Source: Acidimicrobiales bacterium (GTDB lineage: Bacteria; Actinomycetota; Acidimicrobiia; Acidimicrobiales; CATQHL01). Taken from it: a stretch of 64,000 nt of DNA. Position numbers and translations under genes: made by a program. Position 1 is the first letter of the stretch. Each line of letters begins with the position of its first letter. Positions 47,206-56,944 of this stretch are shown one piece after another. The notes beneath the pieces are model-generated. The model saw only the letters and a list, made by a program, of their open reading frames with translations. It made no database searches and had not been told where the DNA came from. The stretch lies in NCBI GenBank assembly GCA_965220035.1, contig CBDCPC010000002.1, forward strand, positions 1,466,151 to 1,530,150, given 5' to 3'.

Positions 47206-50200
47206 ATGCGCGAACTGTTCTTTACCGTCTCGGGCGCGCTGGCAGCATTCGCGCTCATCATTCTTTCCGGCGTCCCGTTGTCCCACGCGGCGCACGCTCA
47301 GTCGTCGCCGTTGGTGGCGCTCGCCCTCTCCTCCGACTCCGCGGAGGAGGGCACGGCCATCACCGTGACAATGTCCTTCAGCGGCCTGGAGCACGACGCC
47401 GACACCTCCGACAAGGACTACATGTTCCGGGCCGACGTGGTGGATGCCGACGGGTGCGAGGACCGGGCGGGCGGCTACGGCCTGGGCGTGGACCGCTACA
47501 TGCACAAGGTGGACGAGGACTCCGAAGTCCGCACCGGGAGAATATCCACCCGCTGTCCGGCGGGGGATTACACCGTTGTAGCCATCATAGCGTCGGCGGC
47601 GAACGTGGAACTCGCGTCGGCCACCGCGAGCTTCACGATTACAGCGCCTTCCGCGCCGCCAACGAATGAGCCGTGTTCAGGAGGCGGCTATGACCCAACG
47701 CCGACGGCGGTAGATGTCGAGGCCGTTCCAATCGTGGTTGACTCCACGGCTGAAGAATACTTCGTGCTCTACGTGCGGCGCGATATGGACGGCAGGGTGG
47801 TGGAGGTCCCGGTCTCGGTGACACGGGGCGCGGCGGGCACGACCACGCTCGCCGAGAACGTGGAGGCGCTTCCCAAGGAGCGTTACCTGGTGAAGAAGTT
47901 CCTTGTCGCCGACCCGGCCGACGTCGACGGCGACTGCATCGACGACATCACCGAACTCGGAGACCCGGCGGGCATGAACCCGGTGAACCCCGCCGCCGCC
48001 ATCGAACTCGGCAAGGGCGCCGTGGCCATTCCCGATCACGCAACATTCGACACGCTCTCCATCTCCGGGTTGATCAAGTTCGTTCTGCTCGACACGGACA
48101 CCGACAGACCGAGTGTCTACTTCATGAACACCATGAATTACACTAGCCATGCTGACTTCCTGGCTGCTATAGGCATCGAGCGGAGGCTGCCCGGGTTGAT
48201 CACCGGTCAACTGGGCTACTACCCGAAACTCTCTGCCCCTGACGGCAGTCTGGGACTCTACACGTACCAGTTCACGTACGCACGACCCTTCGGCATTGCG
48301 GATTCTTCCTTGACGGCGCTCGCCGCCAGCATGCCGCTGCTCGAGGATAACTTGGCCTATTACATGAGAAACCAAGACCTTCCGGCTTACCAGCACGAGT
48401 TAACGCTCTACGAGGCATCCCGAATCAACCTCGTGTTCGACGAAGACATCATCCCCAAAAGTGGTTTCAGCTCGTTGAACGAAGCGGAAGGGTACGGCTT
48501 TCTGCGGATCATGGACCTGGAGGAGAGTCCCAACCCCCGAGACGTGGTTATCTACGAAGCGCTGCCCAACGAGCTTCCCCGCGTTGCCGGCATCATCACC
48601 ACTGTGCCCCAAACGCCGCTTTCGCATGTGAACCTTCGCGCCGTCCAGGACGGCGTCCCCAACGCTTATATTGGAGACGACTACAGGAGCCACATCAACT
48701 CTTTCGTCGGCAAGTACGTCCGCTACAAAGTGATGAAGTACAGCTACTCCATCCGCGTAGCCACCCGCGCGGAAGTTGACGCCCACTTCGCGTCTTCCCG
48801 GCCCGGCGTAGAGCAGACGCCGCAGCGGGACCTCACGGTCACTGAGATCACACGGCTCGACGAGGTCGGCTTCGACGACTGGAAGGCCTTCGGCGTCAAG
48901 GCGGCCAACGTGGCCGTGCTGGGGACGTTCGATTTTCCGGAGGGGACAGTCCCCGACGGGTTCGCGGTCCCGTTCTATTTCTACGACGAGTTCATGAAGC
49001 ACAACGACTTCTACACCCGCATCCAAACCATGCTGGCCGACGCCGATTTCCGGACGGACCTCGACGTGCAGGAATCCGAACTCAAGAAACTGCGCAAAGC
49101 CATCAAGAAGGGTGAGACGCCCGGATGGATTATCGACGCCCTGACCGAGATGAATGAGTTGTTCCCCGAGGGGACCAACCGTCGCTACCGGTCCAGCACC
49201 AACAACGAGGACCTCCCCGGTTTCAACGGCGCGGGACTGTACGACTCCAAGACCCAGAAGCCCAAGGAGGATGAGGAGGACATCGCCAAATCCCTCAAAC
49301 AGGTGTACGCCAGCCTGTGGAACTTCCGCGCCTTCACCGAACGCGACTTCCATCGCATCGACCACCTGGCGGCCGCGATGGGGATCCTGGTCCATCCCAA
49401 CTACTCCGACGAGCTGGCCAACGGCGTAGCCGTCTCCTTCAACCCCTTGTACCGAGGCAGCAGAGACGGGTGGTACTACGTCAACACGCAGATCGGCGAG
49501 GACCTGGTCACCAATCCCGACGCGCTCTCGGTGCCGGAGGAGGTCCTGTTGAATCCGGCCGGCGGATACTTCGTCCTTCGCACCTCCAACCAAATGCCGC
49601 CGGGACAGCTTCTCATGAGCAACGGCCAACTGGACCAGTTGCGCAGACACCTGGCCGTGATTCACAAGAAGTTCGCAATGCTGTACGGCATCGGGCCGGG
49701 TGAAGACTTCGCCATAGAAATCGAGTTCAAGATCACCAGCGACAATGTCCTGGCGATCAAGCAGGCCCGCCCCTGGGTCTTCGGCCCCGCCCCGGCGTCC
49801 GATGGCGCAGGAACTGTGACCCTGTCGGCGGTGCAGCCCCAGGTTGACACGCCCCTGACGGCCACCCTGACCGACCCCGACGGCGGCGTCTCCGGCGTCG
49901 CCTGGTCGTGGCATAGTTCTCAAGACAGGACCACTTGGACCGTCATCGGCGGGGCCGCGGCAGCCTCCTACACGCCGGTCGAGGCCGACATGGGCAGATA
50001 CCTGCGAGCCACCGCCTCCTACACTGACGGGAAAGGCTCCGGCAAGAGCGCAGAGGGCGTATCGGACGACGCGGTGCTGGCGGCGGCGCAAACGAACAAC
50101 TCGCCGGCGTTCCCCTCCACGGAGACCGGGAATCGTACTGTCAGTGAGGACACGGCAACGGGCCAGAACATTGGGTCCCCGGTCGTAGCCACGGACGAGG

Positions 50201-51363
50201 ACAACGACGCCCTGACCTACTTCCTCGGTGGAACTGACGCCAGGTTCTTCGACATTGTGGACACGTCCGGCCAATTGCAGACCAAGGCCGCCCTGGACTA
50301 CGAGGCCAAGTCCACTTACACGGTGACCGTAACAGCAAGGGACCCGTTGGGCCTCGCCGACGAGATCACCGTGACCATCAACGTCATTGACGTGGAGGAG
50401 CCGTCCGTGGCCATCACCCTCTCCCCCTCCGGCTCCGTGGAGCCTGGCAACGAGATCGCCGTCACGATGAGCTTCAGCGGCCTGGAGTCTGACTCCGACA
50501 CCGCCACCACCGATTACATCTTCCGGGCCGACGTGGTGGATGTCGACCAGTGCGAGGACCCAGCAGGCAGCTACGGCCTGGGCGTCGACCGCTACATGCA
50601 CAAGGTGGACGAGGACCCGGAGATACGCACCGGGACGATTTCCGCCGACTGTCCGGCGGGAGACTACACCCTGCGGGCCGGCGTCTCCGACTCCAGCGGC
50701 TCGGAACTGGCCTCAGCCAGCGTGGCCTTCTCGGTCACAGAACCGGAGACGCCGCCATTCGGCGACGCCACGCTGAGCGGGCTGGCGCTGAGCGGCATGG
50801 ACTTCGGAACCTTCTCCCCGGTCACCACCGAGTACACCGTCAGCGTTGCAAACGACGTAACGGAGACCACGGTGACGCCCACGGTGAACGGCGACGGGGC
50901 CAGCTTCCTAATCAAGCTGGACGGCGTGGAAGATGGCGACGGGACCGTCTCCCTGGCCCTGGGCAGCAACGTCATCGCCGTCGAGGTCACCGCCGAGGAT
51001 GGCAACACGACGCAGACCTACACCGTCACCGTGACCAGAGCCGCACCGCCGTCTACCGACGCTACCTTGAGCAGCCTGGAACTGAGCGGCATAACCTTCG
51101 ACTTCGACCCGGCCACCTACAGCTACGACGTGAGCGTCGGCAACGGAGTCACGGAGACCTTGATAACGGCGGAGACTAACGATGCGAGCGCGAGCTACCA
51201 AGTAGTGCTGGTGCTCTCCGAGGGATATAAAGACGGCACGGTGACCCTGGCCGAGGGCGCCAACATCATCTACCTGGCAGTGACGGCGGAGGACGGGGAG
51301 ACGACCGCGAGTTACACCGTCACCGTGACCAGAGCCGCACCGTCCTCCACCGGTGCCGCGTAA
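47206..51363 (+). CDS. large secreted multidomain protein: 2 x novel Cys-containing domain, PPDK_N-type PEP/pyruvate-binding (ATP-grasp-like) domain, cadherin repeat, 2 x cadherin-like beta-sandwich
   Basis: ATG 47206 gives a signal peptide (FALIILSGVPLSHAAHA). PPDK_N block FGVKAANVAVL...RRYRSSTNNEDLPGFNGAGLYDS...MGILVHPNY...FAIEIEFKITSDNVLAIKQARPW. Cadherin VVATDEDNDALTYFL...LDYEAKSTYTVTVTARD. C-terminal ATLSGLALSG.../ATLSSLELSG... repeats. Confidence 0.85.
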   Translation: MRELFFTVSGALAAFALIILSGVPLSHAAHAQSSPLVALALSSDSAEEGTAITVTMSFSGLEHDADTSDKDYMFRADVVDADGCEDRAGGYGLGVDRYMHKVDEDSEVRTGRISTRCPAGDYTVVAIIASAANVELASATASFTITAPSAPPTNEPCSGGGYDPTPTAVDVEAVPIVVDSTAEEYFVLYVRRDMDGRVVEVPVSVTRGAAGTTTLAENVEALPKERYLVKKFLVADPADVDGDCIDDITELGDPAGMNPVNPAAAIELGKGAVAIPDHATFDTLSISGLIKFVLLDTDTDRPSVYFMNTMNYTSHADFLAAIGIERRLPGLITGQLGYYPKLSAPDGSLGLYTYQFTYARPFGIADSSLTALAASMPLLEDNLAYYMRNQDLPAYQHELTLYEASRINLVFDEDIIPKSGFSSLNEAEGYGFLRIMDLEESPNPRDVVIYEALPNELPRVAGIITTVPQTPLSHVNLRAVQDGVPNAYIGDDYRSHINSFVGKYVRYKVMKYSYSIRVATRAEVDAHFASSRPGVEQTPQRDLTVTEITRLDEVGFDDWKAFGVKAANVAVLGTFDFPEGTVPDGFAVPFYFYDEFMKHNDFYTRIQTMLADADFRTDLDVQESELKKLRKAIKKGETPGWIIDALTEMNELFPEGTNRRYRSSTNNEDLPGFNGAGLYDSKTQKPKEDEEDIAKSLKQVYASLWNFRAFTERDFHRIDHLAAAMGILVHPNYSDELANGVAVSFNPLYRGSRDGWYYVNTQIGEDLVTNPDALSVPEEVLLNPAGGYFVLRTSNQMPPGQLLMSNGQLDQLRRHLAVIHKKFAMLYGIGPGEDFAIEIEFKITSDNVLAIKQARPWVFGPAPASDGAGTVTLSAVQPQVDTPLTATLTDPDGGVSGVAWSWHSSQDRTTWTVIGGAAAASYTPVEADMGRYLRATASYTDGKGSGKSAEGVSDDAVLAAAQTNNSPAFPSTETGNRTVSEDTATGQNIGSPVVATDEDNDALTYFLGGTDARFFDIVDTSGQLQTKAALDYEAKSTYTVTVTARDPLGLADEITVTINVIDVEEPSVAITLSPSGSVEPGNEIAVTMSFSGLESDSDTATTDYIFRADVVDVDQCEDPAGSYGLGVDRYMHKVDEDPEIRTGTISADCPAGDYTLRAGVSDSSGSELASASVAFSVTEPETPPFGDATLSGLALSGMDFGTFSPVTTEYTVSVANDVTETTVTPTVNGDGASFLIKLDGVEDGDGTVSLALGSNVIAVEVTAEDGNTTQTYTVTVTRAAPPSTDATLSSLELSGITFDFDPATYSYDVSVGNGVTETLITAETNDASASYQVVLVLSEGYKDGTVTLAEGANIIYLAVTAEDGETTASYTVTVTRAAPSSTGAA
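50407..50735 (+). repeat. intragenic duplicated domain (pairs with 47314..47638)
   Basis: AVTMSFSGLESDSDTATTDYIFRADVVDVDQCEDPAGSYGLGVDRYMHKVDEDPEIRTGTISADCPAGDYT versus ITVTMSFSGLEHDADTSDKDYMFRADVVDADGCEDRAGGYGLGVDRYMHKVDEDSEVRTGRISTRCPAGDYT. Confidence 0.85.
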
Positions 51364-51782
51364 CTCTCTGACGACGCCACCCTCAGCGCCTGCGTCTGAG
51401 TTCGGTGCGGAGGTGGTGGCGATTAATTACCCAACTCTGGCAGGCTCTTGGAGTGTTCTGAGAGGAGTTGTCGGAGATGGGCGAGAACGAGACCAGGCGG
51501 CGGGGTCGAGTTCGCCACCGTCGTCAGCGAACAGCACGGCCGGCAGAGTTCTCCGAATCCCCGAACATAACGGAAGACCATCCCCTCAGATTCCGAAATA
51601 TGGACCACGGGATCGAGATGGCGGAGAACGACAGAGATCTCGCTCGCCCCACCGCGCGAACGCCTACAATCACGCCAACCGGGGGGAAATATCGCTAACC
51701 GCCAGCAGCGGTCACGAAATCTGCCCGACAGGGACAATCCCCACCAACCCGTCAGCCCGCGTGAGATCGAGGTGATGTTCGA

Positions 51783-52640
51783 GTGATCAACCATCCTCTG
51801 GCGGGGACGCCGTTCGGGACCGCCCTGTACGTGTGCATCGGCATCGCTGCGTTCTGCTGGGTGATGTCGCTGGTGACGAGGGAGTGTTCCTGGGTGGACC
51901 GAGTGTGGTCAATCGCCCCGCCGGTCTACTGCCTCATCGTTGCGGCCGACCTGGACTTCCGGTCCGCACGCGTCAACATCATGACGGTGCTGGTGCTCAT
52001 GTGGTCGGTGCGTTTGACGTTCAACTTCGCCCTGAAGGGCGGGTATTGGGTCGGTGGCGAGGACTACCGGTGGGCCCATCTCCGGGCACAACTCAGCCCG
52101 CTGCAATTCCAGCTGGTCAACGTGACCTTCGTTTCTCCCGGCCAGATGGCCATCATCTGGTTGTTCACATCACCCATTCATCAGGCATGGGAGCATTCCG
52201 AGCAACCGCTGGGATGGCTGGACTACCTCGCGATCGTGCTGTTCCTGGTGTTCCTCGCCTTCGAGAGCATCGCCGATGCGCAGATGTGGCGATTCCAGCA
52301 GAACAAGAAGCGGCAGATCAACGCGGGCCACGACGTGAGTCAACCATTCATGAACAAGGGTCTCTTCAGATTCAGCCGTCATCCCAACTACTTCTGCGAA
52401 ATGGCGATCTGGGTGACCTTCTACCTCTTCGCCATAGCGGCTTCGTCCCGGGTCTGGCACTGGACGGGCCTCGGCTTTGTGCTCCTGATCCTGCTCTTCC
52501 AACCCTCTGTACGACTCACGGAGAAGATCTCGAGCGAGAAGTACCCCACCTACAGCAGCTACCAGGCTGCTGTACCAAGGTTCATTCCGAATCCTTTCCG
52601 CACCAGGCGTGCGGAGCAGAGTCACACCGGCAACAGGTGA
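51783..52640 (+). CDS. DUF1295 membrane protein (steroid 5-alpha-reductase/ICMT-like fold)
   Basis: GTG start, multi-TM, NKGLFRFSRHPNYFCEM. Confidence 0.8.
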   Translation: MINHPLAGTPFGTALYVCIGIAAFCWVMSLVTRECSWVDRVWSIAPPVYCLIVAADLDFRSARVNIMTVLVLMWSVRLTFNFALKGGYWVGGEDYRWAHLRAQLSPLQFQLVNVTFVSPGQMAIIWLFTSPIHQAWEHSEQPLGWLDYLAIVLFLVFLAFESIADAQMWRFQQNKKRQINAGHDVSQPFMNKGLFRFSRHPNYFCEMAIWVTFYLFAIAASSRVWHWTGLGFVLLILLFQPSVRLTEKISSEKYPTYSSYQAAVPRFIPNPFRTRRAEQSHTGNR

Positions 52641-52800
52641 CCAGGGCTTGGATCTCCAACTCTTCCGGGCGGCGGCCCTACTGGCGCGACTGCATCATCG
52701 TGAGCCTGGCGGTCGGCGCCACCGCGGTGACCTTCGGCGTGTTCGTCGACGCGGCCGGCTTCGACAGTTTTCGTTGACCGCTGACGAGGAGCACTGTTAG

Positions 52801-52906
52801 GGTCGTTTCGCCATCAACGCCCAGCAGCCGGAGTCGAGGGATCGGGCCTTCGTGGTCCCCTTCGATCCGGCTGCTCGGCGTTGATGGCAAACAGTGCCCG
52901 ATCCAG
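52801..52906. repeat. 106-nt imperfect palindrome (about 40-bp arms with one bulge)
   Basis: GCACTGTT[agggtcgtttc]GCCATCAACGCCCAGCAGCCGGAGTCGAGGG - 17-nt loop - CCCTTCGATCCGGCTGCTCGGCGTTGATGGC[a]AACAGTGC. Intergenic between 51783..52640 and 53143..56916. Confidence 0.75.
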
Positions 52907-53142
52907 TCGGCCGAAGGGGGCCGCCTGTACGGCCGCCCGACGGGTGCTCCGCACGTCCGCCGAGCGCACCGGATCCAGGAATCGCCGCCGGCCGGTGGGC
53001 TGTCGAGGAACCTCCGCAGCGCTGCAATCAGGTTGCCGGGATAGGCGAGCGCGGCACCGTGATGCGAATCGAGGATGCGCCCGACCATCAGGCAGGATGC
53101 CGGCGCGTCAGGCGCGGGTCGCCGCCCCCATATCCTTTCGCC

Positions 53143-56100
53143 ATGTACCGGCGCCTGGCCAGAGTACTGGTGGCAACAGCGATCATCGCGGCCGCTTGCG
53201 GGGGTGAGACCGACGACGGCGGCGGGTCCCCTACCGCGACTCCCCCAGCAGTGGCGGCAGCCTCCACCACGACTGCCGCAACGCCGCCGACCTCCGCTAC
53301 ATCACCACCGGCTCCCACCACAACCGCGACAGACCCGACGGCAGACGCCGCAACCGCCCCGGCGGACGCTGAGACACCCAGCACCCCGCCCGAACCGGCA
53401 CCCGGGCCGGCACCCACTCCCGCCCCGACACCGGAAGACGACGCCGCAGCGCACCCCAGCGACGCCTACTTCGCCCTCGACCGCGTGCTGGACATCAGCA
53501 TCGAGATCGCCGTCGAGGATTGGGACACGCTGCGCCACCAGACCCGGACGTTCGAGGACCTGTTCGCGGAGATCGAGGAGTACGGCCTCTCCCGGCCCTT
53601 TGCCGGCATCTACACCTGGTTCGGTGCCACGGTGACCGTGGACGGCGAGACCCACACCGACGTCGGTGTGCGCAAGAAGGGGTTCATCGGCTCCCAGAGC
53701 GACACCAAGCCGGCTCTCAAGCTGCGCTTCGACAAGTACACCGACGGCCAGTCCCTCGGCGGGGTCATGGAGCGGATGACCCTGAACAACAGCATCCAGG
53801 ACACCTCCATGGTCAACACCTGCCTGTCGTACCGGGTTTTCTCCGCGGCCGGCAATCCCGCGCCGCGCTGCAACTTCGCCACCGTGTCGGTGAACGGGAA
53901 GGACCTGGGGCTCTACGTGCACGTCGAGGAGATCAAGGCCCCGTTCCTGGCGCGTCACTTCGAGAGCACCGAGGGCAACGTCTACGAGGGCACGGTCAGC
54001 GACTTCACGCCGGAATTCCGCGGCACCATCGAGAAGAAGACCAACGAGGACGCCGCCGACTGGTCGGACATCGATGCGGTGGTGGTGGCCCTGCAGGACC
54101 CGTCGGACGCCGGCCTGCAGGCGCTGGGCGAGATCGTGGACCTGGACCGGTTCCTCTCGTTCTGGGCGACGGAGGTGCTGGTGGGGCACTGGGACGGGTA
54201 CGCCGGCGACCGCAACAACTACTGGTTCTACCGTGAGCCCGACGGGCGCTTCGTGTTCATTCCCTGGGGCACCGACGACACCTTCCACCTGAAGGACGAT
54301 CCCAATCCGTTCGACAACATCAGCAACCCGCCCCCGTCGGTGCTGGCCCTCACGGCCATTCCGAACCGCCTGTACAACGACCCCGACTGGCGGGTCGCAT
54401 ACGCCGACCGGCTGACGCAGGTCCTGGACACTGTCTGGGACGAGGAGGAGTTGCTGGCCGCGGTGGACGAGATGGCTGCCATCGTGCAGCAGCACGCCCT
54501 CCCGGAGGACAGAGAGGCGGCGGCCGCCGACACCGAGCGGGTGCGCAAGTTCATCCTGAAGCGGCGAGGCGAGATCCTGGCGGACCTCACTCCCAACCCG
54601 CCCGACTGGCCGGAGCCGGAGGAATACGTCCCGCCTCCCGCGGCGCCGTCGGGAACCCTGGAAGTCGCCTTCCAGACGACCTGGGGAAGCAACCTGAGCG
54701 CCAACCCTCTGGAGGAGGGGTCGGTCAGCAGCCTGTTGCTAAACGGGTCGCCCGAATCGGTCGAAGGCTTGATCGTCACGGCCGGTCACTCCAGCCCGGC
54801 GGAAAGGGGCCTGCTGCCGGATATCGCCGAGACCGCATCCCTCGTCGTCGTGAATGTGGAGGACGACGGCTCCGTCAACGGCATGGTGCTGGCTGTGCCC
54901 CTGGATCGGTTGGCGGCGGGAGCCGCCACGCTGGTCATCGGCGCAGACGCCATCGCCGGGGGGATCTTTTCCATACCGCCGGGAGGGTCGGCGCCGGACA
55001 GTTTCACGTCCTTCACCGAGGGCACTCTGGAGTTGTCGAGCGCGGGGACGACGCCGGGCGCCCCGTTATCCGGCAGCTTCTCCGGCACCTTCGGGGATGC
55101 CCCGCCTCCGGCGCCTGGCGACGGACCGGACGGAGCGGGCGCAGACCCCGGCACGACTGACACCGACACCGGCCTGGTCATCAACGAGGTGGCCGCGAAG
55201 GGCGACCCCCTAGACTGGTTCGAGTTGCACAACACGTCGCCCGACCCGATTGCGCTGGACGGCTTCGTGGTGGCCGACGACCTCACCGACGCCGGCAAGC
55301 GGGTCGCCTTCCCGGCCGGCACGGTCATCCAGCCGGGCGCCTACATGCAGTTCGAGCTGGACAAGGAGGGCTGGCCCGGCTTCGCCCTGGGCGGCGACGA
55401 GGAGCTGGGCATCTGGCTGCTGGACGGCACCCCGGTCGCCAGAGTCGACTGGAACGAGGGCCAGTCCCCCGACGGCCAGAGCTACGCCCGTGTGCCCGAC
55501 GCCACCGGCGACTTCCGGACTGTCGACGACCCCACCCCGGCCGCCGCCAACCAGCCCTCGACAGGATCCACGACATCGACGGCTCCGTCGACTGCGTCGG
55601 CCGCAGGGGGCGGTGTGGGCGACAGCTTCTACCCGCTGCTCGGCAACGCCGGCTATGACGTCCTCCACTACGACATCGACCTCGACGTCGACCCGTCGAA
55701 CAACACCATCTCGGCGCTGACGACGATGACGGCACGCGCCACGCAGGACATGTCGGCGTTCAATCTCGACCTGTCCGGGCTCGAAGTGCACGACGTCACC
55801 GTCGACGGCACGCCCGCTGAGTTCTCCCGCTCCGGCAGCGAGCTGACCGTCGAGCCGACGCTCGCTCTGGTGCAGGGTGAGGAGTTCTCCGTCAGCGTCG
55901 GCTACTCGGGGTCACCAGAGCCGATCGACGATCCCGGCGTGCCGTTCACCGCGCTCGGCTGGCACGCGCAGGACGGCGTGATCTACACGTTGAGCCAGCC
56001 GTCGGGAGCGATGACATGGTTCCCGTCCAACAACCATCCCTCCGACAAGGCGACGTTCGAACTGCGCATCACGGTGCCCGAGTCGACCACGGCGGCCGCC

Positions 56101-56916
56101 ACGGGGCTGCTGATCGACGAGACCACCGCCGGAGGACACACCACGACCACCTGGCGGATGGACGACCCGATGGCCACCTACCTGGCCGCGGTCTACGTCG
56201 GCGACTTCGAGAGGGTCGAGCACGGCCGCCTGCGCCCCGACGGCCCGCTGCTGCGCGACTATGTCCCCCGCGGAGCGCCGCCGGAGATCACCGATGCCCT
56301 GACCGTCACCGCCGACGCGATCCGCTTCCTGGAGGAATGGCTAGGCCCCTATCCGTTCGACGCCTATGGCACGCTCGTGCTGCCGTTGCGGGTCGGCTTG
56401 GCGCTCGAGAATCAGACGCTGCCCGTGCATGGGCCCGACTACCTGGGTCCGGACATCATCACCCACGAGGCCGCTCACCAGTGGCTCGGCAACTCGGTCG
56501 CCCTCGAGGACTGGGGCGACATCTGGCTCAACGAGGGCTTCGCCACCTATCTGCACCTGATGTTCGACGCCGAGCACCACGGCGCCGACTTCGACACCGC
56601 CATGCAGCGGTTGCACGCGGAGTTGCCCTTCTTCGCGGCCACGCCGCCAAAGGCAGTCACCGTCGACGAACTCTTCGGGCCCTCGGTCTACATGCGCGGC
56701 GCCATGACCCTGCACGCGCTCCGACTGCACGCGGGTGACGAGGCGTTCTCCGAGATCCTGCGAGCCCACTACGAACGGTCCGCCGGAGGCACGACCAACA
56801 CGGACGAGTTCCTCGGGACCGTGGACGAATTCGCCGGATCCGAGGCCGTCGATCTCGTCGAGTCCTGGCTGCTCGACGACACCGTGCCGGACCTCCCCGA
56901 GCGCCAGCCAGGGTAG
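53143..56916 (+). CDS. secreted lipoprotein fusing CotH kinase-like domain, lamin-tail domain and M1-family zinc aminopeptidase
   Basis: ATG 53143 gives lipobox AIIAAACGG and a Pro/Thr/Ala linker. CotH: ALKLRFDKY...MTLNNSIQDTS...NNYWFYREPDGRFVFIPWGTDDTF. LTD: LVINEVAAKGDPLDWFELHN. M1: HEAAHQWLGNSVALEDWGDIWLNEGFATY. Confidence 0.85.
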   Translation: MYRRLARVLVATAIIAAACGGETDDGGGSPTATPPAVAAASTTTAATPPTSATSPPAPTTTATDPTADAATAPADAETPSTPPEPAPGPAPTPAPTPEDDAAAHPSDAYFALDRVLDISIEIAVEDWDTLRHQTRTFEDLFAEIEEYGLSRPFAGIYTWFGATVTVDGETHTDVGVRKKGFIGSQSDTKPALKLRFDKYTDGQSLGGVMERMTLNNSIQDTSMVNTCLSYRVFSAAGNPAPRCNFATVSVNGKDLGLYVHVEEIKAPFLARHFESTEGNVYEGTVSDFTPEFRGTIEKKTNEDAADWSDIDAVVVALQDPSDAGLQALGEIVDLDRFLSFWATEVLVGHWDGYAGDRNNYWFYREPDGRFVFIPWGTDDTFHLKDDPNPFDNISNPPPSVLALTAIPNRLYNDPDWRVAYADRLTQVLDTVWDEEELLAAVDEMAAIVQQHALPEDREAAAADTERVRKFILKRRGEILADLTPNPPDWPEPEEYVPPPAAPSGTLEVAFQTTWGSNLSANPLEEGSVSSLLLNGSPESVEGLIVTAGHSSPAERGLLPDIAETASLVVVNVEDDGSVNGMVLAVPLDRLAAGAATLVIGADAIAGGIFSIPPGGSAPDSFTSFTEGTLELSSAGTTPGAPLSGSFSGTFGDAPPPAPGDGPDGAGADPGTTDTDTGLVINEVAAKGDPLDWFELHNTSPDPIALDGFVVADDLTDAGKRVAFPAGTVIQPGAYMQFELDKEGWPGFALGGDEELGIWLLDGTPVARVDWNEGQSPDGQSYARVPDATGDFRTVDDPTPAAANQPSTGSTTSTAPSTASAAGGGVGDSFYPLLGNAGYDVLHYDIDLDVDPSNNTISALTTMTARATQDMSAFNLDLSGLEVHDVTVDGTPAEFSRSGSELTVEPTLALVQGEEFSVSVGYSGSPEPIDDPGVPFTALGWHAQDGVIYTLSQPSGAMTWFPSNNHPSDKATFELRITVPESTTAAATGLLIDETTAGGHTTTTWRMDDPMATYLAAVYVGDFERVEHGRLRPDGPLLRDYVPRGAPPEITDALTVTADAIRFLEEWLGPYPFDAYGTLVLPLRVGLALENQTLPVHGPDYLGPDIITHEAAHQWLGNSVALEDWGDIWLNEGFATYLHLMFDAEHHGADFDTAMQRLHAELPFFAATPPKAVTVDELFGPSVYMRGAMTLHALRLHAGDEAFSEILRAHYERSAGGTTNTDEFLGTVDEFAGSEAVDLVESWLLDDTVPDLPERQPG

Positions 56917-56944
56917 TGGCGCCGCACAGGGCACCTCAGCAGAA

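Noticed and set aside
48400-50601. 733-aa minus-strand ORF (and 53302..54495, 59776..61503, 63074..63993 likewise)
   Set aside because: All are antisense or off-frame shadows of strongly supported genes (PPDK_N protein, CotH protein, ppk2, RCC1 repeats). They are Arg/Gly/Val/Pro-rich without motifs.
51468-51698. 76-aa Arg-rich ORF in the intergenic region after the PPDK_N protein gene
   Set aside because: It has no SD, an atypical composition and no motif, and it lies in a region that looks like the degenerated 3' end of the upstream gene.
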